Shown here one piece after another: positions 1 to 10,300 of a DNA stretch of 64,000 bases. Both the position numbers and the translations under genes were made by a program. Within the stretch, counting starts at the first letter, position 1; each line of letters starts with the position of its first letter. This stretch comes from Glaucostegus cemiculus (Eukaryota), in assembly GCA_976551045.1 (NCBI GenBank), contig CDPCPM010000056.1:28768001-28832000 (forward strand). Direction: 5' to 3'. The notes beneath the pieces were generated by a model that worked only from the letters and a program-made list of their open reading frames with translations, did not search any database and was not told where the DNA came from.

Positions 1-109
1 TGAGAGAGGTATGGGGATAGCAAAGGTTAAAGTGTGACAGTCTTTTGGACAGTTAGCTTTCTCTTATGGCTCAGTGTGCAAGAGAGATGTTAGAAATGGA
101 TCTGTGCTA

Positions 110-295
110 AACCATAGAACCATAAAAAACTACAGCACAGAAAACAGGCCATTCAGCCCTTCTAGTCTGTGCTAGTCCCATTTACCTGCACCCAGCCCAT
201 ACCCCTCCAGACCTCTCTCGTCCATGTATCTATCCAATTTGCTCTTAAAAGTTAAGATTGAGCCAGCATTTACTACATCAGATGGCAGCCCATTC
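110..295 (-). mobile_element. CR1/HER1 3' tail fragment
   Basis: AACCATAG repeat followed by TACAGCACAGAAAACAGGCCATTCAGCCC, the reverse complement of the CR1 tail. Confidence 0.8.
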
Positions 296-1104
296 CATTT
301 GAAAGTTAAAATTCCCCAAAATGATGATGGTCTGGACCTTGTCACAGAACTGAGAGCAAAAAAATCTCAGTTTTGCTGACCTTATACTGTGAAATTGATA
401 ACAATTTCTAGCGGGCTTACATGTCTAGTTATATGTGGAAGTCCAAACATTGTTATCAATGATTCTATTCTTCTCATCACTTAGTGCTGTTTTAAAGCCT
501 TCTCATATGCCATCTCCAGAAATCAGTAACTGGTGAGTTCAGATACTAATGAACTACTCTCAGTGTGAAATGCCTGAAAATGCCACTATTTATTGCTTGA
601 GGTGTGAGTTTTTAATGCAGACTAAGCCATATTTGCTTGAGTACCATTGTGGCTGCAGAAATATTCATATGTATGGATTATATCTCTGTTGGGCAAATAT
701 TTCAAAATATAATGGATTTTAAAATAAAAGACAATTAAAAAGTTTCTTTTTGGTACCTTAGCATTCTGAAAAAATTATGAATTAATTAAAAATGGTACCG
801 TTTTACTTTTTGTCATGCTTTCAGTGAGACTTCTTCAATATTATTAAACTGTTCAGACAGGCTGATGACATGGCTATTGTCGAACATGAGGGGTCCTCTT
901 AATCTACTATTGGAATGGAGAGTTCGTTTGAGTGAGATCACCTGGTCTTTGTGACTAGCATTCTCCATGATCAGAGGTGGGCACCAATGAATTGCTGTTG
1001 ATCACAAACTGCTATGTTGATGGAATGGCAGAACATCTGGCATTGTCATTGTACCATTCTTGCATCTTTTAATGTAACAATTAACAGATAAAATAAGAAG
1101 GTGA

Positions 1105-1305
1105 ACTAGAAAATGCTGGAAACACTCAACAAGCCAGGCGTCATGCATGGAAAGAGAAACAGAGTCAGCATTTCAGATCAGGATTCTGACAATGGGTTTT
1201 TGACCCAAAGAATTGATTCTGTTTCCCTTCCACAAAGGCTGCCTGACCTGCTGGGTGTTTCCAGCATTTCATTGTTTTGCTTCAGATTGGCAGCATCTAC
1301 AGGTA
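1105..1305. mobile_element. Short palindromic Penelope-derived element
   Basis: Arm AAAATGCTGGAAACACTC...GGAAAGAGAAACAGAGTC and inverted arm GATTCTGTTTCCCTTCC...GTGTTTCCAGCATTT, around a hammerhead-like centre. Confidence 0.8.
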
Positions 1306-4300
1306 TTTTTTAACTTTCATAAGAAGCTAGAATAAAATAATGATCAATATTTTTCTATTTTTTTCAGAATTACATATATATCCTTTAGAATTCTTAGGAA
1401 GACGGGTGATATATGGAGATGTAAATGTGACATGACTAAAAGATCAGACTAGAGGCGTCACGTAGTTTCATTTCATTTTTTAATTAGTATTTGTTTACTT
1501 TGGTGCAATCAACCACACTATAATCTTATATTATATAATTGCAAACATTTCAATAAGCTTTCCATATTCACATTTGTATGTAGACATTGTGCCAGAGCCT
1601 TCATTCCACTGCATATTTACCCTGATGTTTATGCCAACGCCTGTTAAATGCTTATTGTTACTGCTTCTGTATTTAAAGAACACAAAAGAATGTATTAAGG
1701 AAACAAGATTTAATTATTTTCAATTTCTTATAAGTCATCTGATTTATAAGTTTGTCTTTTGTTATCTGACTGGTTGCATACCAACAATATTTGCTCTAAC
1801 CCATCAAAACTGTTATGGCTCAATGAATCTCAGGAGCAATATATGTATGTTAGCTGATGACAAATCCATGTTAGCAGGGGACAAGCCACTTGTCTGTGAC
1901 AATATTTTCCCATGGCATTATGACAGTATTTCCTCAAAGAGGGCAGAGGTCTAACACTTCTCAAACTAGCTGAGGGGATCAGACTATGGCTTAACATGAC
2001 TGATTGGGGTTCAGCTGGTTACTGCAGGGAGAAGGGAAGAATTAAGCAGTGCCCTTGCACTCTAATTGGCTTTTTTGTTTGTTCACATTTGCTTCTAATG
2101 TGGACAAATCTCCATGAGAAAACAAAAATTAGCACCTGTTAGGACAACTTAACCTTCAGGAAAGGGCAAATACACTTACGGTACTGGGCTGTGAGCAAGG
2201 ATAAGTTCTTATGTCGATTTTTGCATGCAGTGCATTTTACTGGAGGCCTGCAGTCACAGGACTCAGTATACACTGAATCTCTCATTAAGAAATGTGAGGA
2301 ATGAATAGTACACATTGTCCCACAGCTTTGATACATCATTCAGTTCCCTCACTGACAGACTTGTTAATCTTTCAGCGTTGCCTTTCGAAAAGACAAACAC
2401 AGCAGATAAATTTAGAGACTAGCCACATCCCCTCCCATAGGAAGTCTCACCACATGGGCAATTCTTTTGGTCAAAGAAAACAGCAAGCTAATTTATAGGG
2501 TAAATCATTTTGACTTATTTTAAAGGGTAGCCTGATGTCTATTGACAGTTTCACTAAAGCACAATAAAAATGATTTAAAATGTTTTCTTTCTCACTTTGT
2601 AGAAACAACTAATCAGAAGGACATGTGCGGCTGAATTTTAATTTTGTGAGTTCATTTTAATGATCTCACAGCTGACAGTTTATGCTGGTGTTGAAATGCC
2701 TGAAGTGCAGCCTTAAGCAACTGCAGTAGGAATTGTAGTCTATCTACGGATTTGTTAATCACGCTTACTCTGAAACACGTCAACGGTGTGTAATGCGTGT
2801 TAACCCTCTTGGCGTTAAATGTTTCAAATGATCTGAGGTAGAGAGTTTGCCAGACTATTGAAGAGATTTGAGAGGAGAGAGGATGAAAACTAACATGGAT
2901 GAGCATAGTACTGGAAGAAGATAGAGAACAGTGAAGGAGAGAAAAGGAAAGAGGGAGGTACAGACTAACAAACAGAGTGAAATGCAGTAAGTACAAGATA
3001 GTAAACATTTAAAAGAAAAAAAAGTAATTTTTATCTCTGAAATAAGAACAATAGGAAATATGAAACAAAAATGTAATCAAAACTGCCAATCAATGATGGC
3101 TTGACAAAACTGAGGGCATCCTCTGACTTTGACAGTTGCAAAAACATTTAAATAAATAAATGTATTAATATATTAAAATGAATAAATCCCCTAAGGTATC
3201 AAATGCAGGAAATTTTCATATGTGTTTTTATGTTAAATGAATGAAGGGTACAAGTTAAGAATTCAGTGGAAATAGCACTGCTTACAAGTTATTGTGTTTA
3301 TTCATCAGTTATTTTTGCAGTTCATTCTAACAGGGCAACATGAGAGTGTTTTTCATGTTTAAAGAACTTTGCTATAGTGACTTCCTCTTGGGTCCCATCT
3401 CCAAATATTATCAGGAAAGAAAAAAAATAGAGAATGGCAAAGGAAAATTAATATGAGAAGATGATTCAGTAAAGGGTTCTTTTAAGTTGTGTAAAAGGAT
3501 GAAAAAATATGGGAATAGTTAAAAAAAAGGGAGTAGAACAGGGGCTGTGAGCTTATCAATCAAACTCCAATTCTAGTAAATAGATCATGCAAGCTTGATA
3601 GGGAGAAGGGGTTAGTAGAGTGTCAGGGAAAAAGTGAAGATAATAAAATCACTCAGATTTATTTGTCTAAATTGGAAACTTCATGCTTACACCTGACTAA
3701 ATCATCAAACTGAAACTTTAGATTGCCTCCCACAGCAAATGTATGAAATCTAATCCCATCTTTGTTTAACAGGGGCCAATCAAACAACTAATGCATTTTG
3801 CAGATGTTGTCAGGATCACTAATTTCTACACTGAAAATCCTTACATTTATGTTTTTACAGCCCTGCCTCTCATTTAATCATTCTGCTGTCTAGTTCTTTA
3901 ATGACTCTTCTCAGAATTTAAGAATTTGTTGAGAAATTGAAAGGATTAGGTCTGACTCTAAGTGACCATATCAGAAATGGCCTCGAGCCAGAGTCGTTTA
4001 ATCTGGAACACACATGTTATTATTCCACATTAGCTATGGTCTTCATAAATTTGACAAATATTAAACAAACATTGCAGGTGGTCAACAACTGGACTCAGCA
4101 GTTGGTTAAAATGTTCCTAAGCCTGTGTGGTCACAGTGAGCTCCACTTTCCCTTGGTTATGCTTGTAAGGGAATGCTGTCATCTTACTATGTACACGCAC
4201 ATACTCACATCAAAATGCAAGTGCAGTGGGGGGTTTCTATCTTAGTCTGCCATAAGAATCTGATTAAAAGTTAATAAATCCTCTGTGAAATATTGTTAAC

Positions 4301-5260
4301 AACATTATCTGTAAAATCAAATATGAGCTGTGTCTTTTAGGAAACCCTATGACAAGCCAGCAGAGGCCTAACTGCTAAATCCAGGTTTTACAGACCTCAG
4401 CAGTTACTCTCTGGTGTCAGCTTAAAGCTGTTGAGGAGGAGAATCAATACAACCATTTTTTTCCCCTTGTGCTGTGACCTGGAGATGACATCAAACATTG
4501 GTCACAAACATCCTCAATTCAATATGTGCAAAAAATTGGTTTGGAACAATAGTCCCTGACAGGTAAAATCAAATCAGAAGATGAATAGCTCAAGAAGCAT
4601 GTGGAGACTGGGGGAGTTGGGGTTACCAGGGGTATTGCACGCCAGCAGGAAATGCCTGAAGAGAAACCATCTGGTGCATGAGGTGCTATGGATTAATTTA
4701 TTAAATCACACTTTCTTTCATTATAATTTTTTTTTAAAAAGGTAGTTCCAGTTTTTTTTCTCTTTTGCATTTGCAATTCATTTTTTATCATTTAGTCAGT
4801 TCACACTCAACGAGATGCAACAGGTCACCTCTGGTCTTTGCCATGCAATTTTTAAATTAGGTGATTAAAATTTAGGAATGCCTCCAGACCCCTCAGGACT
4901 GTATTTAACATCTGTAAATCTGCCACTTCTCCTTGCCAAGGTAAACAGCTTCGCATAAAGTTCAGAGGTGAGAAGGCCTGCCTGCTTCCCCCCAGGTTGG
5001 AAGGAATCTGTCTGGGGACCCGACAGTTCAGGCTAAGGAGAGGCACTGAGTGCTTCAGTACCCAGCATGGTGGCCCATGCTGCATCTGTGTACACAATGT
5101 TCACATCTCCCACACAAATACAAAAAAAATTCTCATTAGAAATTATTGCTATGTCAATATGTGGAGCTGCTGGCCCTGATCTGGAAAAAGTAATACTTCT
5201 AAGGGTGTTACCGAAAGGGAAAGGGATGCTCGACTGGAGTTATTTATTGTGAGATTCTGA

Positions 5261-5282
5261 TATCTATCTATCTATCTATCTA

Positions 5283-5328
<46 letters not shown>
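5261..5328. repeat. Compound microsatellite (TATC)n(TC)n
   Basis: Direct reading. Confidence 0.98.
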
Positions 5329-5330
<2 letters not shown>

Positions 5331-7125
5331 GTTACTCAGGGTCAGGTAGCTGATCTCTACACTGTCTGGTTCCTTCTATCCTCATCACTCACATTACCCA
5401 TTCATTCATTTTCTCTGTTGCACAGTGCTAGTCAGCACATACATTGAAAGCTGGGAAGATATAACCCAGCGGATTGTTTGGATTTCTGCCACAGAAAAAA
5501 ATCTTAAGCACTTGTCATTGCCTGATAAATGTTACCTAACTCCTTCTAAGTAAATTTCAATGTTTTGCATGATGAAAAGTAGAATGAAAGTAGAAATTAT
5601 TGGTGACATCAGATTTACAGCTGCAGCAATACTGAGTGGCATAAAGAATAAATAATAACTAGTTAAGAGCATAATTTCAGTAAAAATATTGAATTATCAG
5701 CTGTTATTTTCCATCAGATTATAAATATTCAGCACTTGCACAGTTATATGACTTAAGCCTTTGGTTTCATTACTAAATCATGTTACTTCCACTTTGAATG
5801 TATAATTAACTGTTTAATATCTAAAGCTCAAACAATTTCATTCTGTAATTTTAAATATTTTCTTCACACCTTTGTTGCAATAGCATACAATTTAGGAGAT
5901 AAGTTTGAAGTGTACAGTATGAGCTGCTGGATTCAGCCCGTGTCATCAGCGTGGAAAATAGGAGCTTGAAGCACTTCAGGACAGTTTTCTAATGGTTAGT
6001 GTGCTAATGGTAATAGAAATTGTGATATAGAGAATGCATATCTGGCGGACACAAGCTTTAATCCCTGCTGTGTACTAATTTAACATTAGTAAGTGTGATA
6101 ATGTGGCTTTCAGTCTTATTCTAAGAGCTGTTTTACAGCTACTGGTGACATTTTGCGGATTCCAACTGTACTCCATACACAGGAGTAGATGTGGTTATTG
6201 TTCACAATGTGATGAGTTGTCTGAATTTCTTTTCTGTGTCTGCCAGTTCTGTTTATGCATCATCCTAATACATCTGATGGCAACCCACCACCTTTGCTGG
6301 AGAAAGAAGCCCATGAGCTCAATCATTGGAACAGTTGTTCCAATGTTTTTTTGAGGTAAGACTCTAAAACTACCTCCTCTGCCTCTGTCAGGCTAAGGTT
6401 TTCAACTAACAGCTTTTGATTTGATTTCAAATATGGGTTGGTGAGAGTAGAAATGTGTTCTCTTGCCTGTTTTATTTCAATATTCTAAAGTAGGGATAAG
6501 TTATGTTTCCTAGGAATTGTACCTTCCTGTAATGATTGCAGCAGGATAAAGACAGAATCAAGCTGTTGATGGTTATTGCTCTGTGTCCTAATTCTTTTAC
6601 AATGTAATAGGCTAATTCTGTTATAAATGATAATGAATTAAGTTCAAGTCAACACTCCCTTTATATAACTGCTATATTTCTGTGTTTCTCACTAAAACTT
6701 TCTTCCACATCCTAGCTGAAAATGAGGTAATTGATTTCATTTCCGCTACATCAGTCAAAACTTTGAGCATAAAGATTCATGTGCCTTAGGACAAAAGAGT
6801 TAACATTATTTTTTACATTGTTATTTGCTATTTTGCTTAATGAACAAATCTTGTCAAAACTTCTAAAATCTAAATGTTTGCAATTTTAACTTCTATTTGA
6901 GTTTGCATTCTCTCTTTTTTGACATACATTTTAATGTGTTTGTCTCCTTATGACAATTGATTAACTGACCAATGATGACTGTATCAAACCTGTTACCTTC
7001 TGAGTTAACTGGAGGAGCATGAAGGCCTCATGAGTTCTCATGGTATCCACAGTCAGCTGAAGCAAAGAAATAAAGCACTGAAATTCAATCATAATTCTTT
7101 CTTCAGGAAGAGGAAGAGGAAGGGC

Positions 7126-7365
7126 ACAGGTTCAAATCCGGCCACTGTCTGTAAGGAGTTTGTATGTTCTCCCTGTGTCTGTGTGGGTTTCCTCCGGTTT
7201 CCTCCCACTTTCCAAAGACGTACAGGTTAGGAAGTTATGGACATGCTATGTTGGAGCCAGAAGCATGGCGACACTTGCAGGCTGCCCCCCAAAAATCAAT
7301 ACACAAAAAGATGTCTTTCACTGTGTGTTTCGATGTACATGTGACTAATAAAGATCTTATCTTAT
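7126..7365 (+). mobile_element. tRNA-derived V-SINE with (TCTTA)n tail, 5'-truncated
   Basis: B-box GGTTCAAATCC, V-domain (GGAGTTTGTATGTTCTCCC...GGGTTTCCTCCGGTTTCCTCCCAC), tail ...GTACATGTGACTAATAAAGATCTTATCTTA. Two more copies in the window. Confidence 0.9.
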
Positions 7366-8078
7366 TTTTCTAAATGTTTGTTCCCCTTCCATATTTTAGT
7401 CTTCCATAAATGTTTGAGTCTCTGGTTTAAGTCACATTAAAAACTTTAGAAATGGCATTAGTCAGTGATAATATATGAATAGCTCTCAAATTTCCTATAT
7501 TGGACATTTTATATAATTAATTGCTATTCCAGGTCAAAAGAACTTTATGAACAATGCCAGTGTGGGGGAGGCTATGGCATATGTAACAAAATTGACATAA
7601 TAGATTTTAAAGGATTAGGAACAATCAAAGGTGGGTTTTACAATGGGGAGATAATACAGTGAAAACCCATTAAGAGATTCAAAAGAAGCTACAAACCAAG
7701 GATGAGATAAATTGCCTTAATCAGCTTAGGTGTTTTTCTGAGACCATGTGTTAGAGATTTAAAGAGGACTGCATCTTGGGTAGACAGCAATCTATCATAC
7801 CCACTGTGGGTAATATGCAATCCTTGTTGACGAGCTCTCTTGAACGGCATATTTTATGAGGTGTTCACTGTTTGAAGAATCATAGCTTTACTTTCAACCT
7901 TGCTGCAGTGAAACACTTAATGATCTCAACAGTTAAGAATGTTTGAAAAAAAGAGCTAAAAACATATTTTCTTTATTAAAAGGTTCATGATATGGCTATG
8001 TCCCCATCATTATTAGTAACTGGAACATTAATACACTTGGAATTTAATTGTAAATGCAAAAATTATAAATGATTCAAC

Positions 8079-8456
8079 TGGTATTGGTATTGGTTTATTA
8101 TTGTCACTTGTACCGAGGCATAGTGAAAAACTTGTCTTGCATACCATTCATATAGATCAATTCATTACACAGTGCATTGAGGTAGTACAGGGTAAAAACA
8201 ATAACAGAATACAGAGTAAACTGTCACAGTTACAGGGAAGTGCATTGCAGGTAGACAATAAGGTGCAAGGTCATAACAAAGTAGATTGTGAGGTCAAGAG
8301 TCCATCTCATCACATAAGGAAACTATTCAATAGTCTTGTCACAATGGGATAGAAGCTGTCCTTGAGCCTGGTGGTATGTGTCCTCAGGCTCCTGTATCTT
8401 CAGCCTGATGGGAGAAGGGAGAAGAGAGAATGGCCCAAGTGGGTGGAGTCTTTGAT
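8079..8456 (-). mobile_element. Rex1/Babar-type LINE 3' end (CpG-decayed copy)
   Basis: Reverse complement of the 47527-47923 element, with (CCAATA)n tail and the same C-terminal RT peptide. Confidence 0.85.
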
Positions 8457-8599
8457 TACAATTTGTATTTACTTTGGTATGGATATCAATATATGGTATA
8501 AATTTAATAAGCATGGCAAAAACTTATTTATTTGGCACCATTATGCATAGGATCTCATGACAGAATTAACATTAGTGAAACAATAATAACACGTTTCTG

Positions 8600-9710
8600 C
8601 TCTAATCTTGAACTTTTAGTTGTCTGTCACTTTAATTCTACATTCCACACCCACGCTGATCATTGCATCTTTGATCTCCTATGCTGTTCCAACAATGCCC
8701 AATATAGGCTCCAGGAACAGCAACTCCACCCTCTGTTTTGGCACATTACAGCCCTTGCAACTCAATAATGAATTCAAGAATTGCAAATAACCAGCCTTTC
8801 CTGTCTGTGTCAGAACAGGCCACTTCTGTCATGTCATTCATCTGTAACATAAACTCAATTTTTCTCTCTCTAAATTTTTTCTCAGCAGTTAGTGCCACTG
8901 CTGCACAGCTCCCAGGTTCAATCCTGACCTCAGGTGTTGTCTGTATAGAGTTTGTACATTCTTCCAAAGAATATGTGGATTAACCTGTGTACTTCAGTTT
9001 CTTCCACTTTCCAAAGACATGCTGTTTGCTAGGTTAATTTGTTACTGTAAGTTACCCCGGGTGTAAGTTGTTACTGTAGTTGAGAGAGAATAGGACATAG
9101 GAAAATAACTGAGGAAATGGGACTGCTCTGACAGCTGGGATAGACATAAGGGAGGCTTGCTATATCACAAGAAAAATATGAGAATAAAATGTGACATTGC
9201 AAGTGTTCCTAGTTTTCAATTAGGGAATAAGACCAGGTACCTGCTCCCGATCATTATCTCTTGATCCCAGGTTTGTATATGAGGCAACAGCCCTGTCCTT
9301 GATCTTTTGTGTATGCCCAAAATTCTCTTTCAGATCTCCTGCAGCAGCAATGCTTTGCAGCCCACAGTTCCAGCATGTCGTTTCTTTCTCTCTATATATA
9401 TTAATATTAATCTCATTCATCTCCCTCTATTTGCACTCCTCAATTCAGATCAGCAATGAGTAATAAGTATTTGATGGCATCATAAGCAAATGTATCACCT
9501 GAACAATCTTAGTCTTTGCCCTATCACAGATAATTCCCTTTGATGAATCCATCCTTTCTACTCTCTGGAACTTAAAATACCTGTGTTTTTTCACTTTTTC
9601 AGTTCTGATGAAGGGAATTAACCTGAACATTGACTCCTTATCTCTCTGCATAGGATCTGTCTGACATGAGTATCCCAAGGATTTTTTTCTTTTATTACGA
9701 TTTTCCAAGT
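8600..9710 (+). mobile_element. Penelope-like element 3' part, interrupted by a SINE
   Basis: LELLVVCHFNSTFHTHADH...AQYRLQEQQL (ORF 8532-8768) is a GIY-YIG C-terminus. Tail at 9601 reads AGTTCTGATGAAGGG...ACCTGAAC. Confidence 0.75.
8880..9170 (+). mobile_element. Old HE1-type V-SINE inserted in a Penelope-like element
   Basis: GGTTCAATCCTGACCTC...GAGTTTGTACATTCT...CCAAAGACATG...TAGGTTAATT. Confidence 0.75.
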
Positions 9711-10300
9711 GTTTTTCCTGGTATCTTTTAACTGTGGTGAAGACTCTCACATCCTTTTCACATGAAAACATCGTTCCTCAATTCTCTTCCAATCTTTCTC
9801 TTAATGTAAATACAAGTCCTCTTGTCATCAACGTCTCTGCCAATGGAAATATGTTTTGCCAGTTGAACCTGGCTAGGCCTCTTATCATTTTGTAAACCTT
9901 AATTACATATTCTCTCAGGTCTCCAGTGACCCAGCAAAACCAGTCCCAATTTTTACAGTTTCTCCTCGTGTCTATAATTCTCCAGATACGACAACTTCCT
10001 CCTAAACCTCTGCACCCTCTCTAATGCCATCTACTAAAAATAACCTGGTGGGGAAGCTCAAAACTAAAGGCTATCAATACAATAGAGTCACCAAGAAATT
10101 AAATAGGGAGTGGATAAGAGACATCTCAACCCATGAAAATAGTGTTAGAGATGAATAGACATGTGTTTATAGGTAACTGAATGAAGGAGAATGGAATAGA
10201 TGCTTACGCTGAGGGGAACTGGTGAGAAGAGAGCCATCAAAGATAAATGCTGGATTCGACTTTTAGGGCTGAATGGACAATTTCTGTGCTGTATACGTTA
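9710..10300. mobile_element. Two degenerate CR1 fragments in opposite orientation (minus 9710-10030, plus 10060-10300)
   Basis: Minus: AAACCTCTGCACCCTCTCTAA-type signature. Plus: tail GGGCTGAATGGACAATTTCTGTGCTGTA. Confidence 0.65.

Noticed and set aside
1847-1888. Imperfect 21-bp tandem duplication (ATGTTAGC...GACAA)
   Set aside because: Only two degenerate units, consistent with ordinary slippage.
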